Assembly (NCBI GenBank): GCA_041497895.1
Contig: JBGQHJ010000027.1
Coordinates: 1 to 39,414 of the forward strand
Origin: Candidatus Methylomirabilia bacterium
GTDB lineage: Bacteria; Methylomirabilota; Methylomirabilia; Rokubacteriales; CSP1-6
Reading direction: 5' to 3'
Length of the DNA: 39,414 nucleotides
Shown: in pieces, positions 1 to 9,080 of the stretch
Layout: the number at the start of each line of letters is the position of its first letter
Numbering within the stretch: position 1 is the first letter of the stretch
Position numbers and translations under genes: made by a program
The notes under the pieces: model-generated
Seen by the model: only the letters and a program-made list of their open reading frames with translations
The model's database searches: none
Told to the model about the DNA's origin: nothing

Positions 1-418
1 GACGGTGCTGAAGCCGGCCGGCCTCGACGCCTCCCGCGACCTGATCACCGCGCTCTACATGAAGGAAGTCACCGACCCCCAGTGGAAGAACGACAAGGGC
101 TACACGGACTGGGTGGCCTTCATGAAGAAGTACTACCCGGACGGGGCGCTGGACGACCAGTCCAACGGGTTCGGCTACAACGTGGCCATCCTGATGACGC
201 AGGTGCTCAAGCAGTGCGGTAACGATCTCTCCCGCGAGAACATCATGAAGCAGGCGGCCAGCATCAAGGACTTCGAGCTGCCGCTGCTGCTGCCCGGGAT
301 CAAGGTCAACACGGGGCCGACCGATTTCGCGCCCATCGAGGAAGAGCAGCTCGCCAAGTTCGACGGCGAGCGGTGGGCGCTCTTCGGCGAGATCATCCAC
401 GCGGTCAAGAAGAAGTAG
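1..418 (+). CDS. ABC transporter substrate-binding protein, branched-chain amino acid (LivJ-like) family, C-terminal part (5' truncated by window)
   Basis: C-terminus 'QVLKQCGNDLSRENIMKQAASIKDFELPLLLPGIKVNTGPTDFAPI...FDGERW' is typical of type I periplasmic binding proteins; stop TAG at 416-418. Confidence 0.85.
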   Translation, partial: TVLKPAGLDASRDLITALYMKEVTDPQWKNDKGYTDWVAFMKKYYPDGALDDQSNGFGYNVAILMTQVLKQCGNDLSRENIMKQAASIKDFELPLLLPGIKVNTGPTDFAPIEEEQLAKFDGERWALFGEIIHAVKKK

Positions 419-446
419 GTAGTCGACGCGTCGAAGCGGACGCACC

Positions 447-484
447 GGGCCGGCGGGGGACTCCCCCGCCGGTCTTGCGTTTTT
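447..484 (+). terminator. Rho-independent terminator
   Basis: GC-rich hairpin GGGCCGGCGGGGG-ACT-CCCCCGCCGGTCT followed by TGCGTTTTT, about 30 nt after the stop and between convergent genes. Confidence 0.7.
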
Positions 485-490
485 GGGGGG

Positions 491-988
491 CTACTGACCC
501 TGGATCGCGGGGACGGAGAGACCGGCAGCGGGCCCGGCGGAGACGGTCTCGCGATCCAGCGAGCCGCCGCAGCCCATCGGACCGGACGACTGGCCACCCG
601 CGCACGCCTGAGCCTGGGCGATCGCCAGCAGGGCGTCGGCGCGCGCGGCGAAGCGGGGATCGGCGGTCATCGGGATCTGGGAGCTCTGGGGAGCGGCGGC
701 CACCTCGACCGCGCCGGAGCTCGCCTTGCCGCCGCAGCCCATCGGGCCGCTGGCTTCACGCTCCCCGCACGTGTAGACGCCCTCGAGGGACGCCGCTTTC
801 TGCTTCTCACGCCCGTTGGAGACGATGAGGTAACCCACGATCAGCGCGATGGCACCGGCCGCCGAGGCCATGGCCAGGATGAGCTGGGGATCCATCGCGT
901 GGGCCGGCACCGGGGCAGCCAGCGTGACCATCCCGACCACCACCAGCACGACAGCCACGAGCGGGAACCAGGCGGCGCGACGCTCCAT
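491..988 (-). CDS. Hypothetical membrane protein (signal peptide + TM helix) with two Cx10C 'SGPMGCGG' repeats
   Basis: ATG at 988; hydrophobic signal ending in AHA, a second hydrophobic helix, then repeats CGEREASGPMGCGG and CAGGQSSGPMGCGG. Confidence 0.7.
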   Translation of the reverse strand: MERRAAWFPLVAVVLVVVGMVTLAAPVPAHAMDPQLILAMASAAGAIALIVGYLIVSNGREKQKAASLEGVYTCGEREASGPMGCGGKASSGAVEVAAAPQSSQIPMTADPRFAARADALLAIAQAQACAGGQSSGPMGCGGSLDRETVSAGPAAGLSVPAIQGQ

Positions 989-995
989 GTTCCCG

Positions 996-1001
996 AGTAT
1001 A
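996..1001 (-). promoter_or_regulatory. -10 box TATACT, 7 nt before the ATG (probable leaderless transcript)
   Basis: Minus strand reads TATACT-CGGGAAC-ATG. Confidence 0.5.
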
Positions 1002-1058
1002 TGCCAGGCCGATTTTCCGGCCGCCAAGGAAATCGCCTCCCGCGCCTCCCGCCCCGAG

Positions 1059-2015
1059 CTAGAAGACCGCGATCGGATTGACCGGGGAGCCCGTCACGTT
1101 CTTGAGACGGAGCGGCGCCACCGTCATCAGGAACTCCCACCGATTGAGGCGGGCCGCGGTCTGGGCCAGCTCCTCGAGATTGGCGTTGTCGATCAGCCAG
1201 AGGCCCATGGCCACCAGGCAGACCACGTGGAAGGAGTTGCCCATGGACGGATACGGCGCGGGGTGGATGTCGTTGTGGGTGTCGGTGCCGATCATGGCCA
1301 CTCCCCGCTCCCGCAGCCAGGGACAGCAGGCGGCGTGCAGCGCCGGGGTCCCGGCCTGGAGGGGGTGGACCGGCCCTTCCGCGAGCCTCCGGCCGTAGTA
1401 GCCGGTGCGTACGAGCAGGATGTCGCCCGCCTCCACCCGTACCCCGGCCGCCTTCTCGGCCGCCTCGAGGTCGGCGGGCATGACGCCCACGCCGCCGTCG
1501 AGCCAGCGGACGCCTTTGGTGCGTGCCACGTCCAGCAGCACCCCGCGGCTCACCACTCCGTCGCGGAGCACCTCGACCGAGTTGACGGTCGCGCCCTCGC
1601 GCGAGGTCACCGCGTTGCACGAGCGGCCGTTGTAGAGGCGGCCGTCCCAGAAATAGTGGGAGGGCGCATCCACGTGAGTGATCGTGTAGCCGTGGAACAC
1701 CATGCCGATGAACTCGGCGGCGCCCCGGCGCTGCAGCGCCCGCTCCGGGGAGACGGTGTCGCGGCCCTCGCCCGAGTCCACCATGAAGCGCATGGGCTGG
1801 ACGGTGGTGTCGGGGGTGATGTCGGTCGTGATCGGGCGGGCGCAGGTCACGCTCTGGCCCTGGGTGACCAGGCGGGCCGCGGCCTGGCGCTTGGCGGGAG
1901 TGATGAGGTTGATGGTGCCCAGCTCGTCCTCGCTCCCCCATCGGCCCCAATTGGACAGGGACGTCAGGTACCCGCGGACTTCCGATTCCGACGGAACCTC
2001 CGGGGGAGCGGGCAC
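1059..2015 (-). CDS. Cyclase-family metal-dependent hydrolase (kynurenine formamidase-like)
   Basis: SNWGRWG..DELGTINLIT N-terminus, HGYTITHVDAPSH (HxGTHxDxPxH variant), GDILLVRTG, C-terminal GSPVNPIAVF; GTG start inferred at 2015. Confidence 0.88.
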   Translation of the reverse strand: MPAPPEVPSESEVRGYLTSLSNWGRWGSEDELGTINLITPAKRQAAARLVTQGQSVTCARPITTDITPDTTVQPMRFMVDSGEGRDTVSPERALQRRGAAEFIGMVFHGYTITHVDAPSHYFWDGRLYNGRSCNAVTSREGATVNSVEVLRDGVVSRGVLLDVARTKGVRWLDGGVGVMPADLEAAEKAAGVRVEAGDILLVRTGYYGRRLAEGPVHPLQAGTPALHAACCPWLRERGVAMIGTDTHNDIHPAPYPSMGNSFHVVCLVAMGLWLIDNANLEELAQTAARLNRWEFLMTVAPLRLKNVTGSPVNPIAVF

Positions 2016-2032
2016 GCGCCGGGCCGGGGCGG

Positions 2033-2959
2033 CTACTGCTTCTCGCCCGAGTAGATCTTCATCACGGTGTCCAGGAACCGGAGCGCGTGATCGCGCGGCC
2101 GCTGGAACGAGTTGCGCCCGATGATGGAGCCGAAGCCGCCGCCGTCGCGGATGCCGCGGCACTCGTCGAAGATCGCCTCGTCGTTCTCCTTGGTGGCCCC
2201 GCCCGAGAAGATCACGATGCGCCGGCCGTCGAAGGAGGACTGCACCACGTGGCGCACGCGCTCGCTCAGCGTGGCCATCGGCACCTTGGCCTTCTCGTAG
2301 GCCTTCTTGGCCTCGGCCTGCTCGATGTGCTCGGTGGGCGGCTTCACCTTGATCACGTGGGCGCCGAGCTGGGCCGCGATCTGCGCCGCGTAGGCGACGA
2401 CATCCAGACCAGTCTCCCCGGCCTTGCTCACATCGGTCCCGCGAGGGTAGGACCACACCACCGCGGCGAGGCCGTTGGCCTTGGCCTCCTGGATCATCTC
2501 GCGGCACTGCTGGTACATGATCTGGGCCTGCGAGGAGCCCGGGTAGATCGTGAAGCCCACCGCGACGCAGCCGAGCCGGAGCGCGTCCTTGACCGAGCCG
2601 GTCACCGCGGAGAGCGGGTCCTTCTCGTCGTGGAGCACGTCGTGGTTGTTCATCTTGAGGATCAGCGGCACCTCGCCGGCGAACTCGGCGGCCCCCGCCT
2701 CCAGGAAGCCGAGCGGCGCCGCGTAGGCATTGCAGCCGGCGTCGATGGCGAGGCGGAAGTGGTAGGTCGGATCGTAGCCGGCGGGGTTGACCGCGAAGCT
2801 GCGCGCGGGTCCGTGCTCGAAGCCCTGGTCCACCGGGAGAATGACGAGCTTGCCGGTGCCGGCGAGCCGCCCGTGATTGAGCAGCCGGGCGATGTTGGTG
2901 CGCGTGCCAGGGCTGTCACTGCTGTACCAGCTCAGGATCTCCTTCACTCGTGGTTCCAT
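2033..2959 (-). CDS. fbaB: Class I fructose-bisphosphate aldolase (DhnA/FbaB type)
   Basis: GKLVILPVDQGFEHGP, FTIYPGS, VVWSYPRG, Schiff-base VIKVK, IIGRNSFQR motifs; ATG at 2959. Confidence 0.93.
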   Translation of the reverse strand: MEPRVKEILSWYSSDSPGTRTNIARLLNHGRLAGTGKLVILPVDQGFEHGPARSFAVNPAGYDPTYHFRLAIDAGCNAYAAPLGFLEAGAAEFAGEVPLILKMNNHDVLHDEKDPLSAVTGSVKDALRLGCVAVGFTIYPGSSQAQIMYQQCREMIQEAKANGLAAVVWSYPRGTDVSKAGETGLDVVAYAAQIAAQLGAHVIKVKPPTEHIEQAEAKKAYEKAKVPMATLSERVRHVVQSSFDGRRIVIFSGGATKENDEAIFDECRGIRDGGGFGSIIGRNSFQRPRDHALRFLDTVMKIYSGEKQ

Positions 2960-2988
2960 GGGATGCCCTTTCTTTCCGGTTGCGGAGG

Positions 2989-3990
2989 TTATCGACGGTA
3001 GAAGTCGTCGGCCGTCGCCACGTCTTCGGGGCTGCCCAGGATGACGGCCGCTCGCTGGTGATAGTCGGTCGGAACGAGGTCCAGCACCCGCTCGAAGCCG
3101 GTGCTGGCCCGCCCGCCCGCCTGCTCGACGATCATCCCCATCGGGGCGACCTCGTAGAGCAGCCGGAGCTTGGCCTTGGGCTTCTTGGGATCGCTCCAGT
3201 CCGCGGGGTACATGAACAGCCCGCCGTCCAGCAGGATGCGGTGGACGTCGGCCACCATCGCCCCCGAGTAGCGGAGCGAGTAGGGCCGGCCGCTCGGCTT
3301 GTCGGGCGTCTTCAGGTGCTCGACGAAGGCGCGCTGGCCGGGATGCCACGAGTGGAGGTTGCCCTCGTTGATGCCGTAGGTCTTGCCGCGTCGGGGAATG
3401 CGGATGTCGGGGTGCGTCAGCAGGAACTCCCCGGTCTCCTCGTTGAGCGTGAAGCCGTGCGTTCCCTGCCCGACCGTGTAGACCAGCGTGGTGGCGGGCC
3501 CGTACATCACGTAGCCGGCCGCGAGCTGCTGGGTCCCAGGTCCGAGCGCCACCGGCCCCGCGGGCGTCTTCCCTTCCGACGCGCGGAGGGCGAAGATCGT
3601 GCCCACCGAGCCGTTGACGTCGAGGTTCGACGAGCCGTCGACCGGGTCGGTGCACACCACGAGGGCGTGCGCGCTGCCCGCCTCTTCCATCTCGATGGGC
3701 GCCGGCGACTCCTCGGAGACGACCGCGGCGCAGACGCGGGTCTCGCGGAGCGCGGCCACCATGATCTCGTGTCCCCACACGTCGAGCTTCTTCACCTGGT
3801 CGCCGGTGAAATTAGTGCCACCCGCGTAGCCCAGGCGATCGCGGAGCGCGGCGTGCGCCAGCTCCTGCGCGATGACCGCAGTGACGCGACCGATGCGGCC
3901 CACCACGGTGGCGACATTGGGGTGTGCGTCGGAGAGCAAGGCCTGCTGGCGCGCGAGATGTTCCGATAGCGTCATCGGCGAATCAGCCAT
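2989..3990 (-). CDS. fbp: Class 1 fructose-1,6-bisphosphatase
   Basis: GDQVKKLD, SEE, DPVDGSSNLDVN, YSLRYSGAMVADVHR, KLRLLYE motifs; SD GAGAGGA upstream. Confidence 0.95.
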   Translation of the reverse strand: MADSPMTLSEHLARQQALLSDAHPNVATVVGRIGRVTAVIAQELAHAALRDRLGYAGGTNFTGDQVKKLDVWGHEIMVAALRETRVCAAVVSEESPAPIEMEEAGSAHALVVCTDPVDGSSNLDVNGSVGTIFALRASEGKTPAGPVALGPGTQQLAAGYVMYGPATTLVYTVGQGTHGFTLNEETGEFLLTHPDIRIPRRGKTYGINEGNLHSWHPGQRAFVEHLKTPDKPSGRPYSLRYSGAMVADVHRILLDGGLFMYPADWSDPKKPKAKLRLLYEVAPMGMIVEQAGGRASTGFERVLDLVPTDYHQRAAVILGSPEDVATADDFYRR

Positions 3991-4041
3991 GGAATCCTCT
4001 CGTCGTTGAGTCGGATGGCGCGATGCAGGGCGCCTTTGACG

Positions 4042-4070
4042 ATGCTAGACGATCGGTTGTGCCCAGTCAA
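4042..4070 (-). promoter_or_regulatory. sigma70-type promoter for the fbp-fbaB operon
   Basis: Minus strand TTGACT-17 nt-TAGCAT, about 50 nt upstream of the fbp ATG. Confidence 0.7.
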
Positions 4071-4159
4071 CACGCCCCACCGTCGCATTGAGTCACGCGC
4101 GTCTCACGCAGCGCATCTCTTGCGTGCCTCGTCCGGACTTGTGATTAGATGCAGCGATC

Positions 4160-5377
4160 ATGAGCGCCGCCCCGGGTCGCTGGCGAGCGCTCGGCCTGCT
4201 GTCCCTGGCCGAGCTGCTCGCGCTGTCGCTGTGGTTCAGCGCCTCCGCGGTCCTCCCGGCCCTCTCGCGCGAGTGGGCTCTCGGCGACGCGGGGAGGGCG
4301 GGGCTGACGATCGCGGTGCAGGCAGGCTTCATTGCGGGCACGCTCGCGGCCGCCATCACCAATCTCCCGGACGTCGTGCCGCCGCGCGCGCTCATGATGT
4401 GGGGCGCGCTGGCCGGCGCGGTGATCAATGCCGCGCTCGCGCTCGGCACTGACCACCTGGGACCGGCGCTGGTCCTGCGCTTCCTCACCGGCGTCTGCCT
4501 GGCCGGCACCTACCCGCCCGCCATGAAGATCGCGGCCACCTGGTTCCGCGAGGGGCGCGGCCTGGCCATCGGGCTGCTGGTCGCTGCGCTCACCGTGGGC
4601 TCCGCCACGCCGCACCTCATCCGCGGCCTCACCGAGCTCCCCTGGCGCCACACCCTGTTCGCGGCCTCGGTCCTGGCCGCGGCGGGCGCACTCGTGGTCA
4701 CCCTCGTCACGGAAGGCCCGTATCGCTTCCCCCCTGCCCGCTTCGACCTGCACATGGCCACCGCGGTGCTGCGCGAGCGCGGCCCGCGGTTGGCCTGCCT
4801 CGGCTACTTCGGCCACATGTGGGAGCTGTACGCGATGTGGACCTGGCTGGGCGCGTTCCTGGCCGCGAGCCTGGAGGCGCGCGGCGGCGGGAGCTTCGCC
4901 GGGCTCAACGCGAGCGCCGCGACCTTCGCGTGCGTTGGCCTCGCCGGCGGCCTGGGTGCCTACGCGGGCGGGGCCCTGGCCGACCGCTGGGGCCGCACCG
5001 CGCTCACCATGGCGGCCATGGCCCTGTCCGGCCTCTGCGCGGTGTTGATCGGCTTCACCTTTGCGGGCCCGCCGATCGCGACCCTCCTGGTGGCCCTCAT
5101 GTGGGGGGGCACGGTCGTCGCGGACTCGGCCCAGTTCTCGACCGCGGTGACCGAGCTGGCTCCCGCCGCCTATGTCGGGACCGCGCTCACCACCCAGACC
5201 TGCCTGGGTTTCGCGCTGACCATGGCCTCCATCTGGCTCGTCCCACCCGTGGTCGGGCTGGTCGGCTGGCGCTGGGCCTTCGCCATGCTCGCGATCGGCC
5301 CTGCCCTGGGGGTATTGGCGATGGGCCGGCTCCGGGCCCTGCCCGAGGCGGCGGGCATGGCGGGCGGCCGCCGCTGA
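4160..5377 (+). CDS. MFS transporter
   Basis: About 12 hydrophobic segments; motif-A-like GALADRWGR; GYFGHMWELYAMW; ADSAQFS. Confidence 0.9.
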   Translation: MSAAPGRWRALGLLSLAELLALSLWFSASAVLPALSREWALGDAGRAGLTIAVQAGFIAGTLAAAITNLPDVVPPRALMMWGALAGAVINAALALGTDHLGPALVLRFLTGVCLAGTYPPAMKIAATWFREGRGLAIGLLVAALTVGSATPHLIRGLTELPWRHTLFAASVLAAAGALVVTLVTEGPYRFPPARFDLHMATAVLRERGPRLACLGYFGHMWELYAMWTWLGAFLAASLEARGGGSFAGLNASAATFACVGLAGGLGAYAGGALADRWGRTALTMAAMALSGLCAVLIGFTFAGPPIATLLVALMWGGTVVADSAQFSTAVTELAPAAYVGTALTTQTCLGFALTMASIWLVPPVVGLVGWRWAFAMLAIGPALGVLAMGRLRALPEAAGMAGGRR

Positions 5378-5432
5378 TCCCCCGCATCCCGGCGGGCGCG
5401 GCGCACATCCTAGAAGGTAGGAGGCAGCCACC

Positions 5433-5828
5433 ATGAGGATCGCGATGAAGCGCCTGCTGCTCGCCACGATGGCCGTGCTGGCCCTGGCCGCCGGGAGCCC
5501 CGTCCGGCCGGCCGCCGCCCTGAGCGCGGCGTCGAGTGTCGACGCGCGGATCCGGCTCGACTGGGAGGTCGGAGCCACGCGTGGAGGCCGGCCGGTGATC
5601 CAGGGCTATGTCTACAACGACTACGGGCGCCCGGCCTCCGACGTGCAACTGCTGGTCGAGACCCTGGATGCCTCCGGCGCGGTGATCGGCCGCACCGTGG
5701 GGTTCGTGCGGGGCGTGGTCCAGCTGAACGACCGCACCTACTTCGAGGTGCCGATCAAGGTGACCGGCGCCTCCTACCGGGTCTCGGTCACCGGGTTCGA
5801 CTGGAAGGGCGGCGGCGGCGGCGCCTAG
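5433..5828 (+). CDS. Small exported protein, FxLYD-like beta-sandwich domain
   Basis: SD AGGAGG; signal peptide; GYVYNDYGRPA..VQLLVETLDASGAVIG pattern. Confidence 0.7.
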   Translation: MRIAMKRLLLATMAVLALAAGSPVRPAAALSAASSVDARIRLDWEVGATRGGRPVIQGYVYNDYGRPASDVQLLVETLDASGAVIGRTVGFVRGVVQLNDRTYFEVPIKVTGASYRVSVTGFDWKGGGGGA

Positions 5829-7432
5829 GTGACCTTGCTGTAGACCCCGGGCGGGATCACGCGGTAGACCGCCAGCGGCTGCGACACGTTCTTGAAAGCC
5901 CGCTCGCCGAGCGACTCGAGGACGAAGACGCCCGCGATCCGGTCCGCGGTCACCTGGCCCACCACGATGTCGCCGCCCTCGGCGGCGCCCGCGAACCGGG
6001 CCGCGATGTTGGTGGTGGGGCCGGTGGCGGTGAAGGTCCAGCGCTGCGACCCGGCGCCGCCCAGCTTGGTGGCGCCCAGCAGGGCCTGCCCGGTGTTGAT
6101 CCCCATGTGGAGCGCTACCGCCGGGAACACCCCCGCGTACTCCTCGTTGAGCGCGACCGTCTTCTGACGGATCGCGAAGGCGGCGCGGGTGGCGTTGAGC
6201 GCGTGGTCCTCGTCGCCGCCGCTCTCCCCGCGACGCTTGCGCTGGAAGATCACCATCAGCCCGTCGCCCGCGGTCTCGTTCACGTCGCCGTGGTAGTGGC
6301 GGATGATCTCGAGGAAGGTGGAGAAGTAGGTCTGCACGAGCTGGTTCAGCCGCTTGGCGTCGACCGTCTCGCTGAGCCGCGTGTAGCCCGCGATGTCGAG
6401 GAAGAGCACCGAGACCTCCTCGTTGCGCTTCTCGAGACTGGTCGCGGTGGGATCCCGCTCGAGGAGCTCCTTGACCGCATCCGGCACGAACTTCGAGAGC
6501 TCCCCCTTGAGCTGCTCGAGCACCTCGAGGCGCTGCTGGGAGGCCTGCAGGTTCTCGAGCGCGGTGGCCAGCTCGGTGTTGCGCGCCGCGAGATCCTGCT
6601 GGGTGCGGGCCAGGTGCTCGGTCATGTCGTTCAGCGCGCCGCCCAGCTCGCCCACCTCGTCGCCCGAGCCGGCCCGGGCCCGCACCGCGAAGTCGCCCTC
6701 GCCGATGCGTCGGGCCACGAGCGCCAGCTCGTGGATCGGCCGGACCACCACGTAGCGCATCGCCACCGCCAGCACCACCGCGGCCGCCACGATCGTCATG
6801 AGGCCGATCATGATCTGGCGGTTGCGCTGCAGCCGAACCTCCGCCATGACCGGCTCCATCGAGGTCGCGACCTGGATGACCGCCCGGACCTTGTGGTCCG
6901 AGCCGTGGCAGCCCTGGCAGCGCTCCCGGTTCTCGATCGGCTGGTAGAGGGTGAAGGTGGTCGCGCCGTCGCGCAACTCGAGGGCCTCCTGGGTCTGGAT
7001 GGTCTCGAGCGCGCGGGTGAAGAGCGGGCCGGCCATGGTGCGGCCCGGATCGCGGCGCATCTTCTCGATCGAGGCCATGACCCTCTTGGGCAGCTCGGCC
7101 TCCTTCGAGACCTCGCGGAGGGTGGCGAGGTCGGTGAAGGCCTCGACCCCGTTGCGGCGGTAGACCACGAGGCCGGTGACGAGCTTCGAGCCGCGCAGGT
7201 CGTCGATGAGGCCGCGGGTGATGTCGGGCCGCTCGGAGAGCATCGCGGTCTCGATGCTCGCCACCAGGGTGCCGATCAGCTGCCGCGCCGCGATCTTGTT
7301 CTGCTCGACCAGCAGCATGCTCTCCCGCTGGATGGTGAGGATGGTCGCGACCCCGAAGCCGACCACCAGCACCAGGACGATCACCACCGTGATCTTGGCG
7401 GTCAGGCGCGCGCGCGGGCCCCGCACCGTCAC
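5825..7432 (-). CDS. Membrane-bound class III nucleotide cyclase with periplasmic CxxCH sensor and HAMP domain (possibly guanylyl cyclase)
   Basis: TM1 - periplasmic domain with CQGCH - TM2 - HAMP (RPIHEL...GDEVGELGGALNDM) - coiled coil - VLFLDIAGYT, ETAGDGLM, GINTG, TNIAAR; GTG start overlaps the upstream stop (GTGA). Confidence 0.9.
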   Translation of the reverse strand: MTVRGPRARLTAKITVVIVLVLVVGFGVATILTIQRESMLLVEQNKIAARQLIGTLVASIETAMLSERPDITRGLIDDLRGSKLVTGLVVYRRNGVEAFTDLATLREVSKEAELPKRVMASIEKMRRDPGRTMAGPLFTRALETIQTQEALELRDGATTFTLYQPIENRERCQGCHGSDHKVRAVIQVATSMEPVMAEVRLQRNRQIMIGLMTIVAAAVVLAVAMRYVVVRPIHELALVARRIGEGDFAVRARAGSGDEVGELGGALNDMTEHLARTQQDLAARNTELATALENLQASQQRLEVLEQLKGELSKFVPDAVKELLERDPTATSLEKRNEEVSVLFLDIAGYTRLSETVDAKRLNQLVQTYFSTFLEIIRHYHGDVNETAGDGLMVIFQRKRRGESGGDEDHALNATRAAFAIRQKTVALNEEYAGVFPAVALHMGINTGQALLGATKLGGAGSQRWTFTATGPTTNIAARFAGAAEGGDIVVGQVTADRIAGVFVLESLGERAFKNVSQPLAVYRVIPPGVYSKVT

Positions 7433-8958
7433 ACCCGCGCGGCGCGGCCGGCCCAGTACGGCTCGCGGAGCTGGCGCTTGAGCAGCTTGCCCGCCGCGTC
7501 GCGCGGGAAGACGTCGTGGAAGGAGATCTCCCGGGGCACCTTGTAACCCGCCATGTGCTGACGGCAGAAGGCGGTGATCTCCTCGGGGCCGAGCGTCTCC
7601 CCCGGGCGCACGTGGAGGGCCGCGTGCACCCGCTCGCCCCACTCGTCGTCGGGCACGCCGAACACGGCCGCGTCGAGCACCTTGGGGTGGCGGTGCAGCA
7701 CGTCCTCGATCTCGGCCGGATAGACGTTGACGCCCGCCGAGATGATCATGTCGCGCTTGCGGTCGCAGATGTGGTAGAAGCCGTCCGCGTCCACGTAGGC
7801 CACGTCACCCACCGTGTACCACTCGCCCCGCTGCATCCGGGCGGACGCCTCGGGATCTCGATAGTACTCGTCGAGCAGCCCGGGGCACCGCCGCACGTAG
7901 AGCTCCCCCGGCGCGCCCACCGGCACCGGGCGGCCGTCGTCGTCGAGGAGGGCGATCTCCTTGCCGGGGGCGGCCCGCCCGCACGAGCCGGGCTTCCGGA
8001 GCACGTCCTCCGGGCGAAGGATCGTGTTCACCCCGAGCTCGCTCGAGCCGTAGAACTCGTAGAGCGCCGGCCCGAAGTACGCCACCACCGCCTCCTTGAC
8101 GCTCATCGGACAGGGCGCCGCCGCCATGATGATCGTGCGCATCGACGACACGTCGTAGCGCGCCCGCACCGCCGCGGGCAGGTCCACGATGCGCTTGAGC
8201 AAGGTCGGCGCCATGAAGGTGCTGCTGCAGCGGTGGCGCGCGATCCGGGCCAGCGCCTGCTCGGGGTCGAACTTCGGCATGATGACGACGGTGGCTCCGA
8301 CCAGGTGCGCGTAGAGGGCGAGGCCGCCCGGCGCGGAGTGGTACATGGGCCCGGCCACCAGGTGGACGTGGTCGGGGTCGAGCAGGTCCATCGCCCGCAG
8401 GGTGTCCATCAGGTCTTGCGGATTCATGCCCCGGCGCAGGGCGCCCTTGGGTCGCCCGGTGGTGCCCCCGGTGTAGATGATGGACGCGCCGAAGCCCGCG
8501 CCGCCCGGCGGCTCCACCGGGTCGGGCCGGCCGGCCGCCAGCAGGTCGTCGAGGTGGATGGCCCACGACCGCCGCTCCGCGCCGAGCAGGATGACGTGGC
8601 GAACCTTGGGAGTCTCGGCCCGGACCACCTCGACCATGGGAAGGAAGCGGTCGCTCACCAGCACCGCCACCGCGTCGGAGTGGTCGAGGATGTAGGCGAC
8701 CTCCTCCGCCACCAGCCGGTGATTCATCGGCGCCGGGATGAGCCCGGCAGCTCGCGCGGCCGACCCGGCCAGGTAGTGCTCGAGCGAGTTCTCGGCGTAG
8801 ACGATGACGTGGCCGCCGGGGGGCAGGCCGAGGGCGAGGAGCCCGTGGCCGAGACGGTTCCGCCGGCTGATGAACTCGGCCCAGCTCCAGACGCGCTCAC
8901 CTTCCACGAGGGCGGGCTTGTCGGGGTGCCGGGCGGCGTGCACGGCGAGGACATCCAT
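7429..8958 (-). CDS. Acyl-CoA synthetase (AMP-binding, long-chain-fatty-acid--CoA ligase family)
   Basis: YTGGTTGRPKG, FYGSSE, GDVAYVD, DRKRDMIISAGVNVYPAEIE, GKLLKR. Confidence 0.93.
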   Translation of the reverse strand: MDVLAVHAARHPDKPALVEGERVWSWAEFISRRNRLGHGLLALGLPPGGHVIVYAENSLEHYLAGSAARAAGLIPAPMNHRLVAEEVAYILDHSDAVAVLVSDRFLPMVEVVRAETPKVRHVILLGAERRSWAIHLDDLLAAGRPDPVEPPGGAGFGASIIYTGGTTGRPKGALRRGMNPQDLMDTLRAMDLLDPDHVHLVAGPMYHSAPGGLALYAHLVGATVVIMPKFDPEQALARIARHRCSSTFMAPTLLKRIVDLPAAVRARYDVSSMRTIIMAAAPCPMSVKEAVVAYFGPALYEFYGSSELGVNTILRPEDVLRKPGSCGRAAPGKEIALLDDDGRPVPVGAPGELYVRRCPGLLDEYYRDPEASARMQRGEWYTVGDVAYVDADGFYHICDRKRDMIISAGVNVYPAEIEDVLHRHPKVLDAAVFGVPDDEWGERVHAALHVRPGETLGPEEITAFCRQHMAGYKVPREISFHDVFPRDAAGKLLKRQLREPYWAGRAARV

Positions 8959-9080
8959 CGCTCCCGCGTGTGTAGCACAGTTGGGGCGGGGGCGGCAACG
9001 GGTCGGCGTTTCACGCGCCGTGGACCGCGGGGTTATAGTACGGGCACGAAGTCACAGGCTACTCTCACCGGGAGATCGAC

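Noticed and set aside
423..434. Perfect palindrome TCGACGCGTCGA after the first stop
   Set aside because: Short CG-rich palindromes are expected by chance here, and no supporting context is present.
4089..4156. Imperfect palindrome TGAGTCACGCGCGTCTCA and a TGTGA half-site as CRP-like operators
   Set aside because: There is no matching TCACA half-site and the symmetry is imperfect, so it is too weak to call.
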